From the IMG/VR virus record IMGVR_UViG_3300042545_001134, positions 1 to 64,000 of that record: DNA of 64,000 nucleotides. One strand, 5' to 3'. Below, piece by piece: positions 49,279 through 59,523 of the stretch. Each line of letters starts with the position of its first letter. Position 1 is the stretch's first letter. A model generated the notes under the pieces. That model ran no database searches, was not told where the DNA came from, and saw only the letters and a list, made by a program, of their open reading frames with translations. A program made the position numbers and the translations under genes.

Positions 49279-49527
49279 ATGGAATATTCAGTAGAACCAA
49301 AAATGTTAAAACAATGGACTGACTTATCGAAAGAAGTCCTTCAAGGTAAAACAATTACCGAAGTTCGGTATCTCAATGATGAAGAAATGAAAATGATGGG
49401 TTGGTACAAACGACCAATTTGTTTTTTCTTAAACGATGGTACAAGTTGTATTCTCTCTTGTGATGATGAGGGTAATGATGGTGGAGTTTTATTTTATGGA
49501 AAGGATGGAGTACTTCCCGTATTGTAA
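49279..49527 (+). CDS. Hypothetical protein
   Basis: DDEGNDGG. Confidence 0.75.
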   Translation: MEYSVEPKMLKQWTDLSKEVLQGKTITEVRYLNDEEMKMMGWYKRPICFFLNDGTSCILSCDDEGNDGGVLFYGKDGVLPVL

Positions 49528-49681
49528 ACAAAGACCCCGAGTAACATCGGGGTTTTTTAATTCCCGTGGCGGGAAGGTTCAGGGCGGAATTTGATTGGCA
49601 AAAATAAATGAAAATAAATTTGTTTTATAAAGGTATTAGTTTTATATTTGTATCGTCTACTAACCAATAGACACCAACACT

Positions 49682-50068
49682 ATGAAAAGTACAATTAAAG
49701 AGTATTATGATTTCTTGAAGAAACAAGATTCAGAGAGATTGGAAAAATTATCTCAAGTAAAAGGTCAGGTTGATAATCAAATGGATACCTATATGTCCAA
49801 ACATGGTTGGGTACGAAAAGGTAAAAGTCAAAAGGTATTCTACACCAAACAATTCAATGGTAAGGATATCGTTGTCGAATATCGTTGTAACTACGGAAAG
49901 GACTTTGATTGTGGGTTACCCGAGTTCGTACACGACAAGTCAATCCCTCATAGTGTTGATAAAATACAAATGGGTTACTTTCATTGGAACGACCAAGACA
50001 CAAGTGGTTGGAGTTTAGATGTGGTAATGGAACGAATGGAAGTCTTTTATGACAAGTACACGAAGTAA
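49682..50068 (+). CDS. Hypothetical protein
   Basis: Cassette ORF. Confidence 0.7.
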   Translation: MKSTIKEYYDFLKKQDSERLEKLSQVKGQVDNQMDTYMSKHGWVRKGKSQKVFYTKQFNGKDIVVEYRCNYGKDFDCGLPEFVHDKSIPHSVDKIQMGYFHWNDQDTSGWSLDVVMERMEVFYDKYTK

Positions 50069-50308
50069 AACGAAACCCTCACAGAAATGTGGGGGTTTTT
50101 TATTTACCTGAAGACTTGAGTCGGGGCCCCTGATGGAATTTGGTTGGCACACAATAGACCATTACAATATGTAATACGTTGCCAACCAATATCCGGATGG
50201 AGACTCACATCTGAGATGGTCTATCAAAAAAAAATAAAAAAAGTATAAAATAAATTTGGTTATACGAAATATTGTTTTATCTTTGTATTGTAATCAAACA
50301 AACAAATT

Positions 50309-50509
50309 ATGTCAAAGTATCAAGTATTATCACCCGATGGGTTTACCATCGAAAGAGAACCCTCTTACTACACAAGTAAGAAAAAGGCGATGGAATCGTT
50401 TTTAAAGTGGAAAGAAAATTACCAAAGACAAGGTTACTACTCATCTACAAAGTATGGTAGAATTCATTTGTCTGATTTAGGAGAGTATTGTCAATTTATA
50501 AAATTATAA
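50309..50509 (+). CDS. Hypothetical protein
   Basis: Cassette ORF. Confidence 0.7.
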   Translation: MSKYQVLSPDGFTIEREPSYYTSKKKAMESFLKWKENYQRQGYYSSTKYGRIHLSDLGEYCQFIKL

Positions 50510-50513
50510 TCGT

Positions 50514-50834
50514 ATGGAAAAGTTCAATCAATTATGTGTATGGTCAGGCACACTTGTAGGTGTAGACCAAATTAAAGATTTTGAAAAGTTTATGTTAGAG
50601 GATGTAGGTGCTCGTGTTAAATACGAAACTGAAATCGAAACATTACCAACTGATGGTGTACCCGAAACGGGAGGAAGAAACGATTTGTTCTTCTTTATTC
50701 ACGATGACGACATCATGAAATTCGCGGTACCTCGTTTATCAATGGGTATTCGTTGGTGGGAAGATGTGTTAAGTAATGGTGGTGGAGTATTGTACAAAGA
50801 AGAAGTATTAATAAAATATCCTAAAACTTGGTAA
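50514..50834 (+). CDS. Hypothetical protein
   Basis: GGRNDLFF..RWWED. Confidence 0.75.
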   Translation: MEKFNQLCVWSGTLVGVDQIKDFEKFMLEDVGARVKYETEIETLPTDGVPETGGRNDLFFFIHDDDIMKFAVPRLSMGIRWWEDVLSNGGGVLYKEEVLIKYPKTW

Positions 50835-50836
50835 TC

Positions 50837-51103
50837 ATGGAAAAATTTAATTTCTACCTTGACCAAAAGGTAACAACATGGATGAGAACGGAATTCTCAG
50901 TCGAAGGTGAATCCCGTGAAGTTGCTCGGCAGATGGCAGTGGACTTCGTAAAGAAAGGTAATACATCAGAGTTACCTTGGGAGGAAGTGATGGACACCAA
51001 AGAGATTATGTTTCTTAAAGATAATGGTGGTATGTCTACCGAAGAAATCTTTGAAGAAGATGGAACTTATGTTTATGTAAATGGAAAGGACGAAGATGAG
51101 TAA
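50837..51103 (+). CDS. Hypothetical protein
   Basis: Operon continuation. Confidence 0.7.
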   Translation: MEKFNFYLDQKVTTWMRTEFSVEGESREVARQMAVDFVKKGNTSELPWEEVMDTKEIMFLKDNGGMSTEEIFEEDGTYVYVNGKDEDE

Positions 51104-51263
51104 TCTAATTGAATGTACCTTTTGTTATTGGGTGGGTGAGGAAGATGAACTCCTTACACAAATGGTAGATAATCAGAATAACCCACAAGACCACACCTTG
51201 TACGAGGAAGTAGTATGTCCACAATGTAAAACCAAAGAAGACCTATCATGCAATATAAAGTAG
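51096..51263 (+). CDS. Small zinc-ribbon protein
   Basis: CTFC..CPQC. Confidence 0.65.
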   Translation: MSNLIECTFCYWVGEEDELLTQMVDNQNNPQDHTLYEEVVCPQCKTKEDLSCNIK

Positions 51264-51601
51264 TATCGTCATCAAACCCATCTGAACTTTCGTCGAAGGT
51301 ATCTGAGATGGTGAATTTAGGTTGGCAACCGGTAGGTGGTCATCAAGTAACCACAACACGAGAAGTGAATCGTTATAGTGGACAACAACACATGGATACG
51401 ATGTATCACACCGAGTACACCCAAACAATGGTAAAGGATGTATTACACATTAAAGACGAAGTTGTGAAAGTCCTTAACACGTTAAAGACCGATGCCGAGA
51501 TGGCGTTAAGTGGAGAATGGGATTGTACTACATCGGAAGGAATGGAAAGTTTCAATGACCAAATTGAACTAATAGATAAAGTACTTGACATTTTGAAATA
51601 G
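51248..51601 (+). CDS. DUF1737-like protein
   Basis: YKVVS..LSSKVSEMVNLGWQPVGG. Confidence 0.6.
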   Translation: MQYKVVSSSNPSELSSKVSEMVNLGWQPVGGHQVTTTREVNRYSGQQHMDTMYHTEYTQTMVKDVLHIKDEVVKVLNTLKTDAEMALSGEWDCTTSEGMESFNDQIELIDKVLDILK

Positions 51602-52009
51602 GTTTCGTATTATTAAGTATATAGACTACATTTCATAGTTGTGGTTTGTGTTTGGTTGAATGGGGGTAAGAAATTATCCCCTTTCTTTTTGTCCAAAATT
51701 CCCGATACAATATACGCCAGGGGGAATTTCTGGGCCACCAGTCGATTTTTGCTTGGCAAGAATTAGTATGTTGCCAACCAATATTCATCAGGACCCAGGG
51801 TCAGAACTTCAGGATAATCGTTAAGAAAGAAATTCTAAAATAAATTTGGATATTCCAACTTTTATTATTAACTTCGTTCTATACAAAGTCAAAGTTATAT
51901 GTGGATAACTTTCATCAAAATAAATAAAAATAAATTTGGTGGACTGAAATAAACTTTATATCTTTGTATTGTAAATTAATTATTATTCATTTAACTAAAT
52001 CAAAAGAAG

Positions 52010-52756
52010 ATGATTTCAAACGGAAAAAAAGTGAACCAAGTGTTCCAAACAAAAAACTACGGAATTTTTAAGTTCCGTACCGACAACCGAGTACTTAACC
52101 CTACTCACATTAAAAAACTATCTGAAAAGATGAAGAACATTGGGTGGATTCCCGGTTCTTATGTTGTAATCAACGAGAAAGGTGAAATTATTGACGGACA
52201 ACACCGAGTAAGTGCCGCCAAAATGGTAGGAGTTCCTATCTCTTACACCATTGAAAGAAAGTCAAACTTTGACACCATTCGTAGTTTGAACCAAAACCAA
52301 AAGAATTGGTCATTCACCGATTACATTCACGGATATGTTAAAGAGGACAATGTACATTATACATTGTTAGATGAATTCCTTACCGAGTTCAAAGATTTCA
52401 AACCAACCGAGGCGTTGATGTTTTTACAAAACAATTCAAATCCCGTACATCGTGATGTATTTGAAAGTGGTTCGTGGGAATCAAAAGATGTGGAGTTAGG
52501 TAAAGATTGGGCTAAAAAGATTCAATCACTTAAACCATTCTTTGATAAAGGTTACAACAAGTCAATCTTTGTAAGGTCAATGATTAAGTTGATGTCAAGA
52601 AAACCCGAGTTTACCTTTGAGGAGTTCTTACACAAAGTTCAACTAAGACCTGGAATGATTCACCTTTGTGGTTCAGTTGAATTATACACCGAAATGATTG
52701 AGGACATCTACAACTATCGTAGACGAAACAATGAAAAACTTAATCTTCGTTTTTGA
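52010..52756 (+). CDS. ParB N-terminal-like domain protein
   Basis: HIKKL..VINEKGEIIDGQHRVSAA. Confidence 0.75.
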   Translation: MISNGKKVNQVFQTKNYGIFKFRTDNRVLNPTHIKKLSEKMKNIGWIPGSYVVINEKGEIIDGQHRVSAAKMVGVPISYTIERKSNFDTIRSLNQNQKNWSFTDYIHGYVKEDNVHYTLLDEFLTEFKDFKPTEALMFLQNNSNPVHRDVFESGSWESKDVELGKDWAKKIQSLKPFFDKGYNKSIFVRSMIKLMSRKPEFTFEEFLHKVQLRPGMIHLCGSVELYTEMIEDIYNYRRRNNEKLNLRF

Positions 52757-52940
52757 TTTAGGAACGATGAATAACGAGAGGGGGTATCTGAAAAGATATC
52801 CCTTTTTTTTGTGTCATACATTTCCTTCCCGCCGCAGGACCTGAGATGTCGGATTTTGTTTGGCAAACTTTTTTTTGATATTTTATTGTTTATTCAAATA
52901 TTCTTCTTACCTTTGCTCTTGAAATCAACTACATAGTATT

Positions 52941-53312
52941 ATGTTTCAAAAAGAAAAAAAGAACAACGCGGTCTCATTGAAGAAATCTTTAAATGAAATT
53001 CGTAAGTGTTTAAACAAAAGTATCCCTAATATTTCTGATAAAGAATTAGTAGGGGTGAAGTTTTCTCGTATTGGTGCAGAGTATCGTATAGAGAACGCTC
53101 CCATTCCACCATCTGATACAATCGGATTACAACTTGAAAAGTCATTCAACGACTTCATGAGTAATCTGAATATAAACTATGGTGGAGTTAAGATTGAAGG
53201 TTCCATGTTTTTGGGAACTAAATCGGACATGTTCATGTTGGGTTACAACAACTACGAACGAAAAGGAAAGAAAATAACCAAAAATGGTTATTCAATAGAT
53301 GGAAGTTTATAG
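52941..53312 (+). CDS. Hypothetical protein
   Basis: Cassette ORF. Confidence 0.65.
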   Translation: MFQKEKKNNAVSLKKSLNEIRKCLNKSIPNISDKELVGVKFSRIGAEYRIENAPIPPSDTIGLQLEKSFNDFMSNLNINYGGVKIEGSMFLGTKSDMFMLGYNNYERKGKKITKNGYSIDGSL

Positions 53313-53675
53313 TGTAGATTAATAATTGTTCGGTTCAGGAAACCTCGGCAGAAATGTCGGGGTTTTTTTATGCTGCAAAATCTGTAGCAACGCAGCGCGC
53401 AAACATCCAGTGATTTTGTTTGGCAGAATGTAAACCCCCGTAAATAAAGGAATTCTTATTTCTAGTTAAAACAGCACATCGCCAGTAATGGCAGCGCAAC
53501 CTGGTGCTGTTGCTGCCAGGTGATTTTGTTTGGCAGTTGCCAACCAACATTCACAGTGGGCCCCTGAAGACGACTCGAAAAAATAAATGAAAAAAAATAT
53601 AAAAATAATTTGGTTATACGAAATATTGTTTTATCTTTGTACTGTAATCAAAACATAAACAAAAAAATTAAAATT

Positions 53676-54275
53676 ATGGGTCAGTATTTTAAAGCAATCG
53701 TATTAGGTAACGAACCTAAAGACGGAGAACAAGAAGTAGTAAAGTCGTGGGTATATTCACATGAATATGACAACGGACTTAAACTGATGGAACATTCCTA
53801 TCAAGGAAACACTTACGTTTCTACATTTGAAAAGGAATTAACTCGTAGAGGTACAAACTATAAAAGTCGTGTAGTTTGGGCTGGTGATTATGCGGATGTG
53901 GAACCTGGAGTAAAAATCATTCAAGAAGGTAAAGAGTACGATGCAAATTTGTATTCACTTTGTCATGACGGCAACGAGGTTAAACCTAAAGTGGGAAACA
54001 CTAAAGATTACCCGTACATTTTAAATCACTCTAAAAAATTATTCGTGGATAAAAACAAGGTTCCCGAAATTCAGGATTGGGAAGGCACAAAGATTCACCC
54101 TTTACCATTATTAACATGTGAAGGTAACGGACAAGGTGGTGGAGATTTTAGGGGTGAACATGTTTTAATTGGTTCATGGGCAAGAGATGTTATTTCTGTG
54201 GAAAAAGATAATCCCGTAATAACTCACGGAACTATGGACTACACCGAGATAATTTTTGATTTGAAAGAAGGATAG
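53676..54275 (+). CDS. Hypothetical protein
   Basis: MGQYFK..KLMEHSY..VWAGDYAD..HPLPLLT.EGNG.GGGD. Confidence 0.8.
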   Translation: MGQYFKAIVLGNEPKDGEQEVVKSWVYSHEYDNGLKLMEHSYQGNTYVSTFEKELTRRGTNYKSRVVWAGDYADVEPGVKIIQEGKEYDANLYSLCHDGNEVKPKVGNTKDYPYILNHSKKLFVDKNKVPEIQDWEGTKIHPLPLLTCEGNGQGGGDFRGEHVLIGSWARDVISVEKDNPVITHGTMDYTEIIFDLKEG

Positions 54276-54391
54276 ATAAATAATCCCCCCTAACAGGGGG
54301 GAATTTGTTTGGCAAAAATAATTGAAAATAAATTTGGTTTATAAAAGTATTCGTATTATATTTGTATTACCAAACATTAAACACTAAAAAT

Positions 54392-54787
54392 ATGAAAAGT
54401 ATTAAAGTTCGTTTCAATCTCGGTAGAGGTAAAAACTATTTGAAGTGGAAGGTAACACATCCTGATGGTGATGTTATCTACTATAGTCCTGATGAAGTAC
54501 AAATGGTAATGACCGAGTGTACATTTAAGAACCACAAGAGTACCGCACAGAAAATTTTCGATGGTGCACACAAAACAGTTTGTGCGTGGATACTATGTAA
54601 GGACATTAAGATTTACACAGGTAAACCAATCACGGATGAAAGTAGAAGGGTTCGTTATAATCCACGTGTCCAACCTAACTGGATATTCGATGGTCATATC
54701 ATGGATAATGATGGGGTGCCGAAATTACACACAATTGAAAGTGGCGTTTATATCACAGAAGGAAAAGGTGAAAATTGTTTGGCATAA
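54392..54787 (+). CDS. Hypothetical protein
   Basis: KVRFNL..HKTVCAW..YNPR. Confidence 0.75.
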   Translation: MKSIKVRFNLGRGKNYLKWKVTHPDGDVIYYSPDEVQMVMTECTFKNHKSTAQKIFDGAHKTVCAWILCKDIKIYTGKPITDESRRVRYNPRVQPNWIFDGHIMDNDGVPKLHTIESGVYITEGKGENCLA

Positions 54788-54865
54788 AATAAATAAAAAA
54801 AACTTTAAAAATAATTTGGTATAATAAAATAAATGTTATACCTTTGTACCACAAACAAATTTAAT

Positions 54866-55177
54866 ATGAAAAAGACCAAAGAACTTTATCGAAGTAAACT
54901 ACACACAAGAGATAAATCTCACGATGTAGTAATCATCCAAGACATTACAAGAGTAAGTGGATGTAAATTAAAAATGACCTACGAATGTTACAACGCAGTT
55001 GAACGATTTACAGGTGAACGACTTGTAGGTGGTAAATGGGAGTTTAACTTCTCGATGTCAGATTTGGGTGTATCATCCGATAGTTCAATGTATGTGAGTA
55101 GTCAAGATAACCGACTATCACGAGCAGAGGACTTAATGAAAAGAGGAATAGAATTGTTTAACATTTTAAATCAATAA
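54866..55177 (+). CDS. Hypothetical protein
   Basis: Cassette ORF. Confidence 0.7.
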   Translation: MKKTKELYRSKLHTRDKSHDVVIIQDITRVSGCKLKMTYECYNAVERFTGERLVGGKWEFNFSMSDLGVSSDSSMYVSSQDNRLSRAEDLMKRGIELFNILNQ

Positions 55178-55181
55178 GAAA

Positions 55182-55730
55182 ATGGGATTAGATATGTATC
55201 TCTCGAAAAAGACCTATGTTAAAAATTGGTCTCATCAAACTCCTGAAGAAAAACATTCAGTTGAAGTTAAGAAAGGTGGTGTATTACGCACAGACATCAA
55301 ACCTGAAAGAATAAGTTATATTACTGAAGAAGTAATGTATTGGAGAAAGTCAAACCAAATTCACGGATGGTTCTGTAACAACACGGAAGAATTGGTGGAC
55401 AATGTAAGGTACGATGTATCGAGAGACCATCTTGAACAACTACTCTCTGATTGTAAGAAGGTTTTGGAAATCTTAAACACTTCAACTAAATCAATAACTC
55501 AAGTTGCTGGTGGTTGGAAAGATGGTAAGGAATATATGGTTGATGTCGAAGTGTATGACAATGTGGATGAGGTGATGGAAATTCTACCACCAACACAGGG
55601 GTTCTTCTTTGGTTCAGATACTATCGATGATTGGTATAAGCAGGACATCGAAAACACTATCAATGTTCTTACCGAAGAACTAACAGGTATAGAGGCGTAT
55701 TCGGATTACTCATACTACGCATCTTGGTAA
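55182..55730 (+). CDS. Conserved phage hypothetical protein (MGLDMY family)
   Basis: MGLDMYL, YWRKSNQIHGWF, GFFFGS, YYASW. Confidence 0.8.
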   Translation: MGLDMYLSKKTYVKNWSHQTPEEKHSVEVKKGGVLRTDIKPERISYITEEVMYWRKSNQIHGWFCNNTEELVDNVRYDVSRDHLEQLLSDCKKVLEILNTSTKSITQVAGGWKDGKEYMVDVEVYDNVDEVMEILPPTQGFFFGSDTIDDWYKQDIENTINVLTEELTGIEAYSDYSYYASW

Positions 55731-55808
55731 ATTAAAAATAATGGGAATACCATTAGGAATAATGGTATTCTCTTTATATCTTTGTATCACATATAAAAAA
55801 TAGAAATC

Positions 55809-56450
55809 ATGCCAAACTGGTGTAATAACTTCATAGAAATTCAAGGGGATAAGAAAACTATCCAAAAATTAAGTCGAATCATTGAGAGTTCAAAGATTCC
55901 GGGCGATGATAATCGTGGTGTGTTCTCCGCATTGATTGGGATTAAACCATCTGTTACAGCGGAAGATTATGATAAAGGTGAGTGGTATGACGCAAACACA
56001 TCTTGGTTTGGAACTAAATGGGACATCTCATATGATGAATGTAATTACACATTTGATGATGAGTCCATTTCATTTAGTTGTGAAACGGCGTGGTCGCCCC
56101 CAATTTCATTCCTTGCCACTTTATGTAAGATGTATGGGGTATCAGGTGTTATTACATATGAGGAGGGTGGTTGTGACTTTGCGGGTAAGACCACAATCAA
56201 TGAAGAAGGTGATATATTGGAGGAAGAAGATTACACATACAATGAAGGATTATATTTTCTTAATAATGAATGTTTTTGGATGGAGTTGGAAAGTAACATT
56301 GAATACCACGCAGACGAGAATACTTCACCAGATGATTTCGTTTCCAATTACGATTATGTAACGGACGAAGACAAAGTAGAAATAAAGAAACTTTACGAGG
56401 AGTATCTCGTAGATAACGATATCACAATAGAGAAAGAAGAAAATGCATAG
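55809..56450 (+). CDS. DUF1281/YubB ferredoxin-like protein
   Basis: MPNWCNN, WFGTKWD, CETAWSPP, YEEGGCDFAG. Confidence 0.8.
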   Translation: MPNWCNNFIEIQGDKKTIQKLSRIIESSKIPGDDNRGVFSALIGIKPSVTAEDYDKGEWYDANTSWFGTKWDISYDECNYTFDDESISFSCETAWSPPISFLATLCKMYGVSGVITYEEGGCDFAGKTTINEEGDILEEEDYTYNEGLYFLNNECFWMELESNIEYHADENTSPDDFVSNYDYVTDEDKVEIKKLYEEYLVDNDITIEKEENA

Positions 56451-56688
56451 TACACAACATAGGTCAGTAGTAGAACCCCCCGAGAGGGTTTCGTTTGAAG
56501 AATGGTTTGAGGAGTTTAATGTTTCACGACTCCACAGAGCAAAAAGTATGGAACAACGAGTTCTATTAGATGAAACAGCAGCGTTCGCTGAAGAATATGA
56601 GAAAAAAACAGACGGGACAGCAGCAACCGAGAATTTGCTTGGCAAACTTTTAAAATTTAAAAACAGAATACATGGGACGAGTAAATAA
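56443..56688 (+). CDS. Hypothetical protein
   Basis: ERVSFEEW motif; 3' half contains a box module. Confidence 0.5.
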   Translation: MHSTQHRSVVEPPERVSFEEWFEEFNVSRLHRAKSMEQRVLLDETAAFAEEYEKKTDGTAATENLLGKLLKFKNRIHGTSK

Positions 56689-57160
56689 GACAATTGAGGG
56701 GGTTTTCACAAACATCGTAGGTACCTCAAGTGAAATCAGTACTTACAATCAATTCATTAATCAAGGTGAGGATTTAAATATTTCTAAGGAACTACAGGAC
56801 CTCACTGACACATATGTGAAGTTAGTTAACGAAAGTAAGAACACATTCGAACAGTTGGCATCTTTGGAGGAGATTATCATGCAAATGAGAATCAAGGAGA
56901 ACTTAGATGATATCAAATTATCATTGGTTCGTGAATACATCTACGCAAGGACTCCATTCTATCGCAAGGATAAGAAGGCCAAGGATGTTAGGGTCATAGT
57001 GAACAAAGTGGAGTTTCATCCTGAGGTGGACAGTGAAGGAATCGAGATTTTGTTTGGCAATGAGGAATTCATGGCAAGAGCAAAAGAGAAGTTGGTTCAG
57101 TCAATGGACAGTGAGATAAAGGAGAACATCCGATTACTAAAACAAATGTTGAACAATTAA
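56672..57160 (+). CDS. Hypothetical coiled-coil protein
   Basis: ORF track. Confidence 0.75.
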   Translation: MGRVNKTIEGVFTNIVGTSSEISTYNQFINQGEDLNISKELQDLTDTYVKLVNESKNTFEQLASLEEIIMQMRIKENLDDIKLSLVREYIYARTPFYRKDKKAKDVRVIVNKVEFHPEVDSEGIEILFGNEEFMARAKEKLVQSMDSEIKENIRLLKQMLNN

Positions 57161-57421
57161 ATTTGGAGTCATGGACGAAAGAGCACAATTCATTAGAATC
57201 GCAATGGCAAGATTAAACTCTGTGTACATTTTTAAACCACAGAGGTTGGCGGTTGCGGCAAAGATGTACCGAAAGTACTTGGAACGGAAAGAACAGAGAA
57301 ACGACTAACCGTCCTCAGGATGGTGACAGGTGGTCGATTTTGTTTGGCAGAAAAAAATATCATAAAAGATTTGGAATATTCTAGAATTAATATTAACTTC
57401 GTACTTTAAAACCAAAATATT

Positions 57422-57739
57422 ATGTCATATAAACAACAAGTACAGGATTTACAGAATGATATTATAAAAAATATCAAACGATTCGTGGGTGAACTCGGTC
57501 AAGATGAATTACATTTTAACGAGATGTTTAGAGTTTGGGTAACGATATCAACTTGGGACGATGATTATGTTCGTGTGTCATACGCGGCAGTCGGGTTACG
57601 GGGTGAGTTTGTTATCTGCACCAGTGAGGTTGAGGAAGAAGAAATTCAATTAGGGGAACTCGACATATATGAGTTGTCATACATTTTAGATTTACTAATA
57701 TCAAATCAATTTAAAACCGATAACAATGGACAAGATTAA
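57422..57739 (+). CDS. Hypothetical protein
   Basis: Cassette ORF. Confidence 0.7.
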   Translation: MSYKQQVQDLQNDIIKNIKRFVGELGQDELHFNEMFRVWVTISTWDDDYVRVSYAAVGLRGEFVICTSEVEEEEIQLGELDIYELSYILDLLISNQFKTDNNGQD

Positions 57740-58307
57740 ATTAAACAGTAAGGTCGTTGTATCCGACCCTTGTTACACAATTCCAACTTGGTGTCAGGCC
57801 ATAGTTGATGGTGTATTACCTGGCAACTATAATGTGTTCTGTAAAAGACACGACTTAGGTGACTGGGGAGTTCGTAACTCAATGTTACTTATAGTACACG
57901 AGGACCACACAAACGACACTCTTGAGTGGGAATCACATCCCGCAACAATTGGTGTTGACTCTGGTCAGTGTGGATTCTTCTCAAGTGAATCATATCGTAA
58001 TGACTCTCACCCAATTGAAAAGGGTGGGGCTGACTTCTCTTGTTCTCGAGGTGAAGAAGGTGATGAGTTCTATGACAAGATGGGACAGAGAACTTTGACC
58101 ACAGAGTCATATGGTGTGTATGACGAGGGTGCGGTGTGTTCATCAGGTATAGGAGATGGTTCATATATGTTGTTTACGGCAGAGGATGATTTTGGTAATG
58201 TAATAGGAATGGCGGTGGACTTCTTAATTGAGGGTCCTGAAGACGAGGAGGATGATACAAACAACTTCATCGATTTCGAATTCTATAAAGAAGAACTTGT
58301 AAAATGA
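57726..58307 (+). CDS. DUF4241-like protein
   Basis: VVVSDPCY, IGVDSGQCG, SSGIGDGSY. Confidence 0.7.
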   Translation: MDKIKLNSKVVVSDPCYTIPTWCQAIVDGVLPGNYNVFCKRHDLGDWGVRNSMLLIVHEDHTNDTLEWESHPATIGVDSGQCGFFSSESYRNDSHPIEKGGADFSCSRGEEGDEFYDKMGQRTLTTESYGVYDEGAVCSSGIGDGSYMLFTAEDDFGNVIGMAVDFLIEGPEDEEDDTNNFIDFEFYKEELVK

Positions 58308-58368
58308 TAGTAATAGGAATCATCATCGTTATCGTACTTTTGTCGATACTAAAAGAAATAAAGAAGAA

Positions 58369-58635
58369 ATGAAAAAGTTATTCATAGTGATGGGATTGGC
58401 AATCGGTGGTTGCCAATCACCACAAACCTTAATCATGAAGTCGGACTTCACCGCAGTAAATCAGGACTCCACTAAGTTGTGGATTAAGGATACTGAATTT
58501 GGTAAACATCTGTACAACGCATGGAAGACAGGAGTTTATGGGGACGACACGAAAGTATACCTGTTGGACAGCACAGAATTCAACAATTTGGTTGGCACAA
58601 AATCAAAGTCCAAGAATCCGACGGTGAGTCTGTAG
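58369..58635 (+). CDS. Small lipoprotein
   Basis: Lipobox AIGGC. Confidence 0.6.
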   Translation: MKKLFIVMGLAIGGCQSPQTLIMKSDFTAVNQDSTKLWIKDTEFGKHLYNAWKTGVYGDDTKVYLLDSTEFNNLVGTKSKSKNPTVSL

Positions 58636-58682
58636 ACCCCCCGATTTTGTTTGGCAAGAAATATTAATTTAAATAAATCCAT

Positions 58683-59120
58683 ATGGAACCGAATTTAATT
58701 ATCAAACCATCCCAATGGTTAAACCTTGGGTGGTACGCATTAACAGTGGGAGGATTATACATCCATGAGTACTTGGGGTTATTCTTCTTAGTAATCCTGA
58801 TTTATAAAATCTTGGACATCTACTGTTGGAGTTACAGGTTCTACGACGATATCATTGTGGAGAAGAGAGGAATCCTGAATGTGACCCAAGAAGAGGTTCA
58901 TTACTTCAGAATCAAATCCATGATGGTGGAGGAACCATTCTTCCAACGTTTATTGGAACTGTCGACCATCAACATGTCTACATCTGAACATCTCAAACAG
59001 AACTTCGTTCTACATGGTATTTTAAAGGCAGAGGAAACTAAAGAATACCTTGCGAAGATGACCAAGACTAAGAGACGTAGTAATGGAATCCGCGAGATGG
59101 ATATCATCAACGGGTACTAA
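58683..59120 (+). CDS. Membrane protein with bacterial PH (bPH_2) domain
   Basis: TM hairpin, EKRGIL..YFRIKS..QRLLELSTI. Confidence 0.75.
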   Translation: MEPNLIIKPSQWLNLGWYALTVGGLYIHEYLGLFFLVILIYKILDIYCWSYRFYDDIIVEKRGILNVTQEEVHYFRIKSMMVEEPFFQRLLELSTINMSTSEHLKQNFVLHGILKAEETKEYLAKMTKTKRRSNGIREMDIINGY

Positions 59121-59337
59121 CCCTGATGGACCTGAAGACAGGTGACGATTTTGTTTGGCAGGGATTACCGTCCGACGGGACCTGAGATGGTCGATTTTGT
59201 TTGGCAAGGGTTAACCTTCCTCAGGACGACCCCGGAATCAGGATTTTGTTTGGCAATAGTTTTTTGAAATATTTTGTAACGGGATTTGGAAATGTCAGAT
59301 TTATTGGTTATATTTTATATATAAAACTGATAATATT

Positions 59338-59523
59338 ATGGCAAACAAAAAAATCACTCAGAGACAACCAGGTAAGGTAACTGCATACGAACCTGTGTCG
59401 CATCACATCTACCACGATGGTTATTCATATCGTGTACGTGTGATTAAGAACGGTACCCGTTACAGTCAGAATTTCTCTAGTAGAAAGAAGGCAATGGATT
59501 TCCGCAAGTCATTGTTATCTTAA
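59338..59523 (+). CDS. Small basic protein, AP2/Arm-type DNA-binding-like
   Basis: IYHDGYSYRVRVIKNGTRYSQNFSSRKKAMDFRK. Confidence 0.55.
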   Translation: MANKKITQRQPGKVTAYEPVSHHIYHDGYSYRVRVIKNGTRYSQNFSSRKKAMDFRKSLLS

